Of a DNA stretch of 64,000 nt, positions 24,445-36,260 are shown in pieces. The stretch spans positions 71,532-135,531 of the forward strand of contig BCKZ01000005.1 of assembly GCA_001600815.1 (NCBI GenBank), in the 5' to 3' direction. Within the stretch, counting starts at the first letter, position 1. Each line of letters starts with the position of its first letter. The stretch comes from Alloascoidea hylecoeti (taxonomy: Eukaryota). The translations under genes were made by a program, and so were the position numbers. The notes under the pieces are model-generated. The model was not told where the DNA came from, ran no database searches, and worked only from the letters and a program-made list of their open reading frames with translations.

Positions 24445-25875
24445 GCATATCTAACCGCGGCCTTAAGCGGTTTCGTTTATGGTGCGCGTCACTTAAATTG
24501 AACAACGTTTAGGATCATCAAAAAATTTTCAACAGCCCTCGCAGAAATTGTAACCAGACCACCAAATATCACTTCTATTATTTATGAAGAACGTCAAAAG
24601 GTAGATAAATGGCAAATTTAAACACTTCCCTTTCAAATTAATTTGTGGACTTCTGTGTCAAATTATTTGTCCCTATTTCTCAACTATGGAGGCCTCCAGG
24701 CTTCCCAGTCATACAAATAGTTAAGGAATACGGTCATGTTTGCATACAATGACGTGAAAAATAACAATGAAAACTACTTTATCCAGATAAGTACATGCAT
24801 ATGTAATATCATGTATCCTGCGATATTTCCTCATTGCCTAGTATGTACAGTTGCATGCATATGTGAGAGAAAAAGGTTGTTCATTTTAAGTGACGCGGAC
24901 CATATTTTACATGTTTTATGTGAATTTATAACAATTTAAATTGATCGAAATATGACCATGTTGGTATAAGAATATTGGACTTTAATTTTTAGGAATCCCT
25001 CCAAAAAACCCATCTTTAAGAATATATCATAGAATGCAGATGGCTTTTAGAATTCCGTTAAGTGAGATTTCAGGTAATTGTAATTCTGAAAATCATCGGA
25101 TTGAAATACAAGGGGATCGAAATATGTATATGAATAATTAAACATGGCTTATCATTTACTGAAATAGGCAAAAGGCTTAAGCTTTATACTAATGCTAACC
25201 CCTCAAATCTGCGGTTCACTGGAAGGAAATATGCGAACAACTCTTTGGGCGCCAAGGCATAACATGTAGCCCTAAGACTACACCTTCTTAAATATCTAGA
25301 AAGCCTGAAAAACTTACTGAAAGGGCGACAGATCAAAATCTGAGGATTTAATTTGTTTCATGAGCAACGCAAAGCAGTGATTACAAGTATACGCATATGA
25401 GCCTTCCACATGGTGTAGCAGTGAATAAAGATCTAATTTTTGAGTTTCTTTCAAAATATTGGGTCAGGATCTCATCGATAATATAATTGAGACCTCGTAG
25501 ACTAGCAGCCGTTTATATATGAATTAATAACTACAAATATAATCTATTATTCAAATCAGAATTAAAATTTGTGGCATATATTTGAATACTAACTAGATAT
25601 TTGATCCAATTGAAATTTAAAAGAATTTTCGAATTCTGTAATTAGAGACGAGAAACTCTCTCACAATGTAATATTCTAATTAATTCTTCTTTAGTACTAG
25701 TAGAAATCATGTCTTCTTATTTAATAATTTTTCTGAAATATCTTGGTCATGTTGTTGTTGTTGCTGTTGTTGTTGTTTAATGAGAATATATATATATAAT
25801 TAGTTCTATTAAAACTTCGAATGGAGCTAGTTAATGTAAGTCACTGATTGCCAAAAGGTAATCAATAAGTAAAAA

Positions 25876-26919
25876 TTAGAAATAAATAACATTTTGAGGA
25901 ATATACGACTCTTCCAAGTATTCGATCTCCTCAGTACTAAGAGAAACTTTAAGCGCTTCAACAGCCTCATCAATTCTGATTTCACTACTGAATCCAATAA
26001 TCGGACACATTCCTTTTGAAATAACATAAGCTGTTGCAACTTGAGACATTAAAACTCCTTTTTCTTTGGCTACCTTTTCAACTCTCCTATGTATTTCATC
26101 TAGGGAGTCCGAAGTATTCTTCAAAGATCCTTTAATCACAAAATCAGTCTGACCGCGTAAAGAATTTTCTTTCTCTTGAATAGGACGTGCTAAGATTCCT
26201 CTAGCAAGTGGGGACCAAGGAATCATTCCAACCCCAGTTTCATTACAAAACGGAATCATTTCTCTCTCTTCTTCTCTATATATTAAATTATAGAAATTTT
26301 GCATAGAGATGAATTTTGTCAAGTTATGTTTCTCTGCTATGAATTGTAATTGTGCAAAGTCAACGGCTCTCATACTTGAAGCTCCAATGTAACGAGCTTT
26401 ACCCGATCTGACGATATTATTCAAGGTAGTCATGATCTCTAAATTTGGTTTCGTGGGTCCAATCAATCTATGAATCTGATACACATCAATATACGTTCCA
26501 AGTCTTTCAATGGAGTCATCTACGGCATCCATCAAATGCTTCCTTGATAATCCAACTTGATTAACATATTTCTGTTTTGGATTGACAGGCCCAGATCCTG
26601 ATTTAACCAGATCAGTGGCAGGTGGTTTACCAACAGGATCGGAAATAAAGAAACATTTGGTTAAAATAACAACAGTTGATCTTTTAATTGAATACCTTTT
26701 AAGGAATTTTCCTAATAAGATTTCTGATTTCCCGTTACTATAAGTATCTGCAGTATCATATGTTCTAATACCAACATCGTAAGCTTTCTTCATTAACGAT
26801 AATACTTTTTCCTCGTTTTCAATTACCCATTTGAACCATGATTCCTCACCATATGACATACAACCCATAATAATTTTAGAGATCTTAAGACCTGAATTTC
26901 CAAGATTTTTATATTCCAT
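25876..26919 (-). CDS. Aldo-keto reductase, aryl-alcohol dehydrogenase-like (YPL088W/CSH1-IFD type), copy 1
   Basis: LGNSGLKISKIIMGCMSYG, DTADTYSNG (catalytic Asp/Tyr), ILTK (Lys), QIHR (His), GKARYIGASSM, IPWSPLARG. Confidence 0.9.
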   Translation of the reverse strand: MEYKNLGNSGLKISKIIMGCMSYGEESWFKWVIENEEKVLSLMKKAYDVGIRTYDTADTYSNGKSEILLGKFLKRYSIKRSTVVILTKCFFISDPVGKPPATDLVKSGSGPVNPKQKYVNQVGLSRKHLMDAVDDSIERLGTYIDVYQIHRLIGPTKPNLEIMTTLNNIVRSGKARYIGASSMRAVDFAQLQFIAEKHNLTKFISMQNFYNLIYREEEREMIPFCNETGVGMIPWSPLARGILARPIQEKENSLRGQTDFVIKGSLKNTSDSLDEIHRRVEKVAKEKGVLMSQVATAYVISKGMCPIIGFSSEIRIDEAVEALKVSLSTEEIEYLEESYIPQNVIYF

Positions 26920-28007
26920 TTTTCAATTGATTCTATAAGATTTATATTTTGTTTGTGAATGTTTTAATGTGCAATTCTTTAATTTGATTGATTCAATCTT
27001 TAAACTTGCTAATGAAAATGAATTGATATCATATTTATAAGTTTTATTATATACTATACCTTATACTAAAAAGATTTGAGTCGATTTTTATGTATCGAAA
27101 ATTTCTTTAAATCCTGTAAATCCATATTTTTATATATGCACCCAAGAATTGTTATTTCCTAACTCCGTTTTCACTTATTATCAACTTCAATTATTTAGTT
27201 ATAATAGATCTTGAATATTATGATTATTATTAAAAATTTTATTTTAGCTCGAGACCTAGACCTTATATAATTATAATTAGTTTAGATTCTCATTGAAGTA
27301 CGAATAATGTTTTCTCGTCCTTACCCGAACATTTAATCCCCTTTATTCCGAAACCACACATACACACAACGAATATTTCCCTCTGCCATACCGAATTGTA
27401 TCTTTTTATAGGTTATTTAATTAATATTTTAGGTTCTTTCTTAAGTTAATTTTCATCATTTTTAGCTCTTCTAATGAGCTTTCTGACGCTATGGTATTTA
27501 GCACCCCTTGAATTTTCTGATGGTTTTGCTTAAGCTTATAGCTAACTATATGAATCTTCTATTTTAAATCCAGACTCTACTTCTGAGAATCTGATACATA
27601 GTACCATAAGGTGTTATATTAATAAACGCCTGAGAACGGATATCATCACTAATCGTAATATACCCCCTTCTTTATGTAATTTTTATGAATCAAGCAAACG
27701 ATATTTCAAGAAGCATTCATATTTCTATGGACGAACTACAATATTGAGATTTGACAGTAACACTTGATAAGCATGTTCATAATAGTTGCTCCTGAAATTG
27801 GTTCTAGATCTACTTTTACTTTTGATTAGGAATCACAACTATGCAAAGTCAGTATGGCTCGAGATTCCAGAAGAATGGCTAAAATTTTCATAAATGATTC
27901 ATATATTAATGAATTATCCATTAAATAGCATCAATACTCAACTGTAGTTAATATAGTGATAACTTATATATCTAACTTATATATCTAGGCCTATACCGGT
28001 ATATAAG

Positions 28008-29045
28008 TCAAAAATGCCCTTTAGGAGGCTGTGGAACATAAGGTTCTTCCAAATATTTAATCTCTTCGTCTGTTAACTTAATTTTCAAAGCAGCAAATGC
28101 ATCATCAACTCTTGATTCGTTATTCAATCCAACGATTGGTGAAGCACCTTTATAAATAACCCATGCAAGAGAGATTTGTGACATTGGTACATTTCTCCTT
28201 TTGGAAATTTCCTCTACTCTACCAATAATTGTATCTCTTGGTTTCGATTCGTCGCTGTAAAGGTATGAGATTGTTACACCTCCACCTCTCTCAGTAGATA
28301 ATTTTTCTGATGCCGGACGTGCTAAGAGGCCACCTGATAATGGAGACCAAGGGATTAGACCAACTCCAGTTTCTTTACAAAATGGAATCATTTCTCTTTC
28401 CTCTTCTCTATCAACTAAATTATATAAATTTTGCATTGATATAAATTTGGACCATCCATTTTTTTCTGCAATAAATTGTAATTGAGCAAATTGATATGTC
28501 CACATTGATGATGCTCCAATATATCTGACCTTTCCATTTTTAACAACATCATCGAGAGCTTTCATTGTTTCTTCTTTTGGTGTTGAAGGATCGAACCTAT
28601 GAATTTGAAGAACGTCAATATAGGTGCCTAATCTTTTAACTGATGCATCAACAGCATCCATAATATGTTTTCTTGATAATCCATATTCATTTAAGTAATT
28701 ATCATCCAATTGACCGTTATGTGCTAGCTTTATCAATTCTAGTTGATCGGGATTCTTTTCTGGATTACAAAGAAAGAAAACTTTTGTTAAAATAACAACA
28801 GTCGATCTTTTAATATTATATTTCTTCAAGAATTTTCCTAAGATAACTTCTGATTGTCCATTACTATACGTATCAGCAGTATCAAAAGTTCTCATGCCAA
28901 GATCATACGCTTTCTTTAAAATTGAATAGACTTTTTCTTCATCTTCAAGAACCCAGGAACTCCATGACTTCTTACCGAAAGACATACACCCCACAATAAT
29001 TTTTGAGATCTTAAGACCTGAGTTTCCAAGATTTGTATACTCCAT
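28008..29045 (-). CDS. Aldo-keto reductase, aryl-alcohol dehydrogenase-like, copy 2 (tandem paralog)
   Basis: Same motif set with intact QIHRFD; diverged from copy 1. Confidence 0.92.
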   Translation of the reverse strand: MEYTNLGNSGLKISKIIVGCMSFGKKSWSSWVLEDEEKVYSILKKAYDLGMRTFDTADTYSNGQSEVILGKFLKKYNIKRSTVVILTKVFFLCNPEKNPDQLELIKLAHNGQLDDNYLNEYGLSRKHIMDAVDASVKRLGTYIDVLQIHRFDPSTPKEETMKALDDVVKNGKVRYIGASSMWTYQFAQLQFIAEKNGWSKFISMQNLYNLVDREEEREMIPFCKETGVGLIPWSPLSGGLLARPASEKLSTERGGGVTISYLYSDESKPRDTIIGRVEEISKRRNVPMSQISLAWVIYKGASPIVGLNNESRVDDAFAALKIKLTDEEIKYLEEPYVPQPPKGHF

Positions 29046-29206
29046 TGTTATTGTTTTGATATAATTGAATTGATAATCAAGATTTCTTTAGTATATTTTA
29101 GTATTCAATTAAACTAATCTTTTCTTTTGAAAGGATTTGGTTTAGGAACCCTATCATATTTATACATATTTAAGTATATTATTCCAATGTTTATGGATTA
29201 TACTGT

Positions 29207-29285
29207 TTATTTCCCTTAAAGCCATATTACCTTCTTATTTCCCTTAAAACCATATTAACTTCTTATTTCCCTTAAAACCATATTA
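29207..29285. repeat. 28-bp tandem repeat x2.8 in the AKR copy 2 promoter
   Basis: TTATTTCCCTTAAAACCATATTAACTTC units start at 29207, 29235 and 29263. Confidence 0.88.
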
Positions 29286-30361
29286 TAAGTTGTTATAATA
29301 ATTCTTATTCATTATTAATACAATTGAAATTAATATAACAAAATACCTCCTTGTTATCAAATTCTATACCCTTATTAATTTTGGCATGTTCAAGTCCACC
29401 CGCAAACTTCCATATGAATTCATATAAACATTTAATAGGTGAGGTTGGTGTCCTGATAATAGGTATGTTATCACATATGGAGCTTCTCAACAGTCTTCTC
29501 ATAACTGGTGGATTCGACTTATACTGGTTTGTTGCAGTCCAATCATTTGTGGAATATTTATATAGGATATTATTGTTAAAGATTCCTGGAAGTTTTGAGG
29601 AATAAAATTTCGGAATACTATAAACATATTGCAAGATAATTTCTTGCCCTGACGATTCTTTTAAATCTGAGTAAAGCTGCGTATAATAATATGAGAAAGT
29701 AATAATAATAACATTTTGAGTTCTGGTTCAAATTATATTTGTAAATAATCAACTATAAGATTATTTGTTTGAGGAGAACCAAAAACTTCGCCATTTTATT
29801 TTGCAGAGCCTTCTAGCGTTTTCGTCGTACATGGGAATTCACCAAACTGTAAGAATCACAGCAACTCTCATAATTAAGTAAGATGGTAGCGAAAAGATCC
29901 TCTAGAGGGCAAAGGCAAGTTTCCACTTATGTATAGCTATAGGTGAATATATTACAAAGAAGATTAGCTGGCTTCTTTAATTAATTCAGTTGGATCAGTC
30001 TACGGTACGTGGAGGTCGCGTGAGCTTGGGGTCCTGTTGTGAGCTGATCTTCACAACAGATTCTAAACTTTATAAAATTTAATTACCAAGTTCGAACCGT
30101 CCTGGAAAATCTAACATCAAGAGGAGGAAAGATCAAGATGTTATTGCCCCATACACACCGAGAACATTATCTCCAACAAAAACAACAGATCCTAAACCTA
30201 ACCATAGAATTCGAACCCCTGATTTAGCGACGCGACTTTGGGACCGCTTGAAAAAGGCAACGAAAAAAGTTGCATCCAAAAAACCACGTATAAAATCCCA
30301 GAATTCCCGTACAGAGCGACCACACAGGCGGAGGTGCAAAAATAGAAAAAAGACAAAAAAA

Positions 30362-30385
30362 TGCGAACTCTGTGGATCGAACACA

Positions 30386-30427
<42 letters not shown>

Positions 30428-30434
30428 AGTCCGC
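30362..30434 (-). tRNA. tRNA-Phe(GAA), intronless
   Basis: GCGGACTTAGCTCAGTTGGGAGAGCGTCAGACTGAAGATCTGAAGGTCCTGTGTTCGATCCACAGAGTTCGCA, 73-nt cloverleaf followed by an oligo-T Pol III terminator. Confidence 0.97.
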
Positions 30435-31368
30435 TGGGGTTACTGATGTGACCGTTCCTCTAGATCTTTCCCTATTTTTTACTCTTCTGCATCTCATGGT
30501 CTAGGTACATAAGAAGGGAAGAAAGAAGAGTGTCAAGAATACACAAAAATAAGAAGAATAGAAAGAGAGGTTTTTATTTCACTATATATAGTAGAGATTT
30601 CCTCAGAATTTACATAGTTTCTAGTTATATAATTTAATTGGAAAATATATGAAAAGTTAAAAAAAAATATAGAATCTTACAGTTATAATAATGTATAAAA
30701 GTCAATATAACACTTTCATGAATTCGCGATATTTCACCGAGAATTAATTAATGCGTAAGTTATAATGGAGACGAAAAAGATTCGCATACGGCACATGCAT
30801 AGAATCACATATTTTCAATCTCAAAATTCCAGCCTGCCCAACAAACAGAACGCTGGAAATATCCAACTATAGTTATTAATCAACCTTTTTCACGATAAAT
30901 ATAACATCTGTTGATTAATAGGTCACCAATTAATAATTGGTTATAAGAAGGTAATTAATTGACTACAATATATTATATTATAACGATCGAGCAGAAAGAG
31001 AAGTTCTTAATTAATTGGCTAATGTAAATGTTAGCGCTATAGCTAGAACTAGATCTAGAGCAAAGATATAAGTTATGGGATAAATATTTATAATTTAGCT
31101 TTATACTTATTATTAATAGTTGTCTCCCTGTAAATTTAACAATAATTTTTTATGCATTGTGGCTATAATTAATTTTACACCCATTTTTACAAGTCTATTT
31201 CAGATTCTAGCTTGGAATTGTAATTATTTTCAAAATGTGCTATTATTGTTTTGTGGCTAATTCACAAAAAGGATTACCTTATAATTGCAAAGATGTATCA
31301 CCTCCTTTACCCATTCATACCCCAGGATTTCGGGAAGATTCTCTACGTATATATTCGATCATTGCTTT

Positions 31369-32001
31369 ATGAATTATTTAAAATACTTCGGAGAATTTAT
31401 TAACCATTTAATAGGACAAATTGATCAAATGAGTTTAGATATAAATATGGTATTAGAAAAGTTAGATAAAGACCAAATGCTAAGATGTTCAAAATTTGAA
31501 TCGTTGATGACACAGAAGGACAATTACGAGGCGCACTCTAAAAGATACCAAAATAACTCTGATATTAGAAATATCGAAAGCAATAGTAAAAACAATATCA
31601 CTGAATATGAACATTCAAATTCCAATTCTACTTCTAATTCTCTCGCAAGATCTGGTACAAAGAAAATTGGTTCTGATACCACGTCTAATGATATCTCTCC
31701 AGCTAGTAGTAGTACGGCGGTTAACCCCGGGGATTCAATATTTACAAATTTTACACCACACTCCAATATAAATGATACCGACTCAAATCTAGAACAGTTA
31801 GAAAGGGGATTGATCATATCAAGTCCAGTTACAGCTGAAAGCCCCTCAACGGCTATTTGGAGTGATGTTTATGAAGAGCTAGATGTAGCAAGACCGTTCA
31901 AATGGGACACTGAAAGCATTTGCTTGACTATTGTTTTTTTTATATTAACCGTTTGTATCATTTTGTTATTATGCTTCTTATTTTACTATATATCCAAATA
32001 A
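31369..32001 (+). CDS. Hypothetical tail-anchored membrane protein
   Basis: ~210 codons from the first ATG; Ser/Asn-rich middle; single hydrophobic helix at the extreme C-terminus. Confidence 0.45.
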   Translation: MNYLKYFGEFINHLIGQIDQMSLDINMVLEKLDKDQMLRCSKFESLMTQKDNYEAHSKRYQNNSDIRNIESNSKNNITEYEHSNSNSTSNSLARSGTKKIGSDTTSNDISPASSSTAVNPGDSIFTNFTPHSNINDTDSNLEQLERGLIISSPVTAESPSTAIWSDVYEELDVARPFKWDTESICLTIVFFILTVCIILLLCFLFYYISK

Positions 32002-32143
32002 ATTATAATAACAGTCTAAGTCTTATCATCGTATGGGATGAGATGAGTCAGCGTAAAACACGTGAAATGTGAAGTGGACGGTATAAATTAATAGTGCCTT
32101 ATCATCTCTCATTCTTCTTCTTCACATATCCTTCGCTCATATC

Positions 32144-33754
32144 ATGAAATTAGCTACTCTCATTTTACCTGTTTCATTTTCTGTTTTTGTCCAAGGAGCA
32201 AACATTCCAGTCAACTCTGAGGATCCTGACGTTAACTCACCTCTTGCCATTTTTGACCAGTTGAATGAAGCGAATTGGAAATGGAAATGGCCTTGGCCGT
32301 TTCCTGGTAGAAAGCCAGAAATTGACTCTGAATCTTTACAAGATCTTATTACAATCGGCGCCTTAAAATCGCGCGCTGATACGCTATATAAGATTGCTCA
32401 AAAATCTGTTAAGGAATATGGCAACCCCACTCGTGTTATTGGATCACCAGGCCATTGGGCAACTCTTCGTTATATTTTTGATACACTAAACAAACACCAA
32501 GATTATTACAATTTATCAAAACAAGATTTTGATGCTGTTTATGGTAAAGTCTACAATTCGAGTCTTGAATTTGATGGGGTTATTTCTAAATCTGCTTCAC
32601 CTTTTAGTTTAACACCTTCAACTCCAAATAATGAATCTGTTTCAGGTAAGCTTATTCATATTCCAAATAATGGTTGTGATGAAATCGACTTCTTAGCAGT
32701 TGCTGATGACTTAAAGGGTAACGTTGCTCTCATTCAAAGAGGTATCTGTCCATTCGGTAACAAAACTGCTTTAGCTGGTAAATATGGTGCAATTACCGCT
32801 ATCGTCTATAATAATGAAGATGGTGATATCCATGGTACTTTAGGTGAACCAAATAAAAACCAAATTGCCACTTTTGGTATTTCTCATCAGGAAGGTGTAA
32901 AACTTATTGCTAAACTTGAAAATGCTAAAACTGTTAAAGTTAAAGCATATATCAGGGCAGTTGTTGGAAATATCTCAACTTTTAATATTGTTGCTCAAAC
33001 TAAAAAAGGTGACCAAGATAATTGTGTTGCTTTAGGTTCACATTCAGATTCTGTTGGTGAGGGCCCTGGTATTAATGATGATGGAAGTGGTACAATTTCT
33101 CTACTCGAGGTTGCAACTCATTTAACAAATTTTACTGTTAATAATTGTGTTAGATTTATGTGGGTTGCAGCAGAGGAAGAAGGGTTACTTGGATCAACCC
33201 ATTATGCTAATCATTTAACACCAGAAGAAAATCAAAAAATTCGTGTTTTCATGGATTATGATATGATGGCTTCACCCAATTATGCATTCCAAGTTTATAA
33301 TGCAACAAATTCAGAAAATCCAGAAGGATCCGAAGAATTAAGAGATCTTTACATTGATTACTATACAGCTCATGGATATAATCATACTTTAATCCCATTT
33401 GATGGTAGATCTGATTATGTTGGATTCATAGAAAATGGTATCCCAGGTGGTGGTATTGCAACTGGAGCAGAAGGTGTTAAAACTAAAGAAGAAGTATCGT
33501 TATTTGGAGGTGAGGCTGGTCAATGGTATGATCCTTGTTATCATCAACTTTGTGATGATACAACCAATATTGATGATGAAGCGTGGATTGTTAATACTAA
33601 ATTAATTGCACATTCTGTTGCAACATTTGCAAAATCATTTGACGGTTTCCCAAAAAGAGCTATAAAAGGAAACGGTACTGAAGAGATCAAATCTAGCAGT
33701 AGTGTTAAAGACTCCCTTAAATTTAAATATAGAGGTCCAAAAGCTATTTTGTAG
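32144..33754 (+). CDS. APE3: Vacuolar aminopeptidase Y (peptidase M28 with PA domain)
   Basis: Signal peptide, PTRVIGSPGH, ALIQRGICPF (PA), GSHSDSV, GINDDGSG, AEEEGLLGS, DYDMMASPN, YDPCYH. Confidence 0.93.
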   Translation: MKLATLILPVSFSVFVQGANIPVNSEDPDVNSPLAIFDQLNEANWKWKWPWPFPGRKPEIDSESLQDLITIGALKSRADTLYKIAQKSVKEYGNPTRVIGSPGHWATLRYIFDTLNKHQDYYNLSKQDFDAVYGKVYNSSLEFDGVISKSASPFSLTPSTPNNESVSGKLIHIPNNGCDEIDFLAVADDLKGNVALIQRGICPFGNKTALAGKYGAITAIVYNNEDGDIHGTLGEPNKNQIATFGISHQEGVKLIAKLENAKTVKVKAYIRAVVGNISTFNIVAQTKKGDQDNCVALGSHSDSVGEGPGINDDGSGTISLLEVATHLTNFTVNNCVRFMWVAAEEEGLLGSTHYANHLTPEENQKIRVFMDYDMMASPNYAFQVYNATNSENPEGSEELRDLYIDYYTAHGYNHTLIPFDGRSDYVGFIENGIPGGGIATGAEGVKTKEEVSLFGGEAGQWYDPCYHQLCDDTTNIDDEAWIVNTKLIAHSVATFAKSFDGFPKRAIKGNGTEEIKSSSSVKDSLKFKYRGPKAIL

Positions 33755-34200
33755 TTCTACAAAAGTAAAAATTGAAAGTTCTAAATTTAATACATAATCT
33801 AATAACACATATCATTGGTGATTTTAATAAATTCAAATGTCTTATCATAAATGAATTCCCTGTAATTGATTATAATCGTAGATATTGTGTTCATAACTAC
33901 AAAAATTCACTTATCGTGGTGTCTGGATGTAATTATTATAATATGCTTTTTCACCGAGTCAAACTATTCCAAACTTTGGAGAAGACTCAGAAGAGAATAA
34001 AAAAGCATTATATACTTTCTGTGAGCCGAGCCGATATTTGACATATATCGATTTATAATTATACCGTTCCAATAATTGCGCAGAAGTATATAAATATAAA
34101 TATATATGCTATAATTTAACTTCTGGATCCAGCTCAGTACTGATATCGATATATTGAAAAAGCTCTCATCAGTATATTAGTATTACTATAGCTAAATATA

Positions 34201-35925
34201 ATGACATCAATTCATAAATATCATATCTCATATGATATTCTCAAAGCATTTTATCTTGCATTATCTCAAAAATCAATACATCAATATTTTATTGATAATT
34301 TTATACTAACCCCAATTGGTTCAATAATTATATTTATGATATTATTTGGAATAAATAAGCTAATCTTAAAAATTGGGGTTGAATTTCCTTCTTCAGTTTT
34401 ATTAATGATTTTATTATATTTTACTTTATTAATATTGAGTAGTAATAAATTAATTGGTTCAAAAAAGATCAAAATATTTTTAATAAATGATAAAAACAAT
34501 TTTTTAATAAAATCAATGAATTTTGCATTAAGATGGATAAATGTTTGTTTCATACCATCTTTTGTTTCATTACCATTGGCAAAAAAAGTTGGAATCATTG
34601 AAGCTGTTATAATTGCTGCTGTTTTTATAATAGGATATGTAATTGGTATTATATTCGTATGTTTTACTGTTAAAGGATTACAGATGGTTATTGGTAAACC
34701 AAGAAGAGCATTAGTTGAAAGAGATGAGGTTGAAATGGAAACAACCATTGAAGATACAACAAATGATGAAACAAAATTAAGATTAGAATCCGAAAATAAA
34801 CAAGTTGTTGATGAAAATAAACAAGAGCAACACACAAGAATTAATTCATACGATACAATTGAAACTATAGAAATTTCAGAACCTCCAAATGCAAGTGTAA
34901 TTGCAAGAGCCAGATCTTCTATAATTAATGATGATAATATATCGCGATCGGTTGTGTCATTACAAACAACTCCAGGGATTGATTTTGAACAACTACAATT
35001 CCAACATAATAATACAATAACACCTAGATGTATTGCATATTCGTCAATAATTATAAGAAATATAGATTGGATAATTTATTCAGTTTTCACTTTTATTGGT
35101 ATCATCATTTATTTCACCACCTCTTATAGTATTATACTGGATTTAGGTATAACAATGCTGACATATTTCATTGCATTGAATATCCCTTTAAAAATAAGAA
35201 GAATTGCTCATCCAATTATTGTTTCTGCTGCAATGACTGTACTAATTATATTCTTATTGGCATTAGTGAAAACACAAAATATTTCAGATTTTTTAAAGTC
35301 CATCGAGAAATATAAAACTGGCAGAAATTATCTACATCTTTTTGATAATGATAGTAAAATATTACCAGGTGCAGGAGACGTTCTATCATCAATGATGGAT
35401 ATTTCAATTGTGTCTTTATCAATTCCAATGTACACGTATAGAAATGACTTAAAAAAGCATTTCTTGACATTAATGATACCAATCTTAATTTTTTCATGTA
35501 TGACTTTTTTTCTATATCCAATAATTTGTTTTAATATTGGTATATCAAGTACGAATTCACTTGGATTTGTTGGAAGAAGTGTTACATTGGCACTAGGTAC
35601 ACCACTAATAACATCAATTTCAGGATCTGTTACTTTAATGTCAATAACAACTCTTTTATCAGGTATCTTAGGTGTTATTCTAGGGCCCTTTATGTTTGGA
35701 CCATACATGCTTAGAGTTGCTCCGGATGATTATGTTACGAGAGGTATAACATTAGGTGTTAATGGTGGTGCTGTCTCTACTGCTTATCTACTAACAATTG
35801 ATCCAAGGGCTTCTGCTATGAGCAGTCTTAGCTTCGTCATTTTTGGAACTGTTCTGCTTATAATGGGAGCGATTCCTTCTATAAGGCAAATAATTCAAAA
35901 CTATGTCGATATTAATGCTTCATAA
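34201..35925 (+). CDS. Fused LrgA-LrgB family membrane transporter (PLGG1-like architecture)
   Basis: N-terminal LrgA-like block (FPSSVLLMILL...WINVCFIPSFVSLP), hydrophilic linker, LrgB block (IVSLSIPMY, RSVTLALGTP, SGILG, RGITLGVNGGAVSTAYL). Confidence 0.8.
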   Translation: MTSIHKYHISYDILKAFYLALSQKSIHQYFIDNFILTPIGSIIIFMILFGINKLILKIGVEFPSSVLLMILLYFTLLILSSNKLIGSKKIKIFLINDKNNFLIKSMNFALRWINVCFIPSFVSLPLAKKVGIIEAVIIAAVFIIGYVIGIIFVCFTVKGLQMVIGKPRRALVERDEVEMETTIEDTTNDETKLRLESENKQVVDENKQEQHTRINSYDTIETIEISEPPNASVIARARSSIINDDNISRSVVSLQTTPGIDFEQLQFQHNNTITPRCIAYSSIIIRNIDWIIYSVFTFIGIIIYFTTSYSIILDLGITMLTYFIALNIPLKIRRIAHPIIVSAAMTVLIIFLLALVKTQNISDFLKSIEKYKTGRNYLHLFDNDSKILPGAGDVLSSMMDISIVSLSIPMYTYRNDLKKHFLTLMIPILIFSCMTFFLYPIICFNIGISSTNSLGFVGRSVTLALGTPLITSISGSVTLMSITTLLSGILGVILGPFMFGPYMLRVAPDDYVTRGITLGVNGGAVSTAYLLTIDPRASAMSSLSFVIFGTVLLIMGAIPSIRQIIQNYVDINAS

Positions 35926-36260
35926 AATATTTTATTGGTAATGAATTTAAATTATGCCCTAAAGCCCATAGTTAAAAAGAAACGAAACCCTAGCAAACTA
36001 AATTAGTTATTCGCTGAATTGTACTGGTTAATATAGTCAACATAACTCCCATTGCTGCACGAAAGCATCTTGTTTTTATACGAAATGTATTTCTCAGCAG
36101 ATACGAATATCATAATATCAAGGATCATCGTAGGACAGGAAAACAAAATATTCGGCAAATCATCCCCCCGAGAAATATGAACAAATAAAATCTTATAAAT
36201 TTAGCGCGTAACTCTCTGTACCTTCGGATTCAAGTTTATATTTTAATCATACACAAAAAA

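Noticed and set aside
29305..29634. Overlapping antiparallel ORFs of 109 and 84 aa
   Set aside because: Non-ATG starts, no motifs
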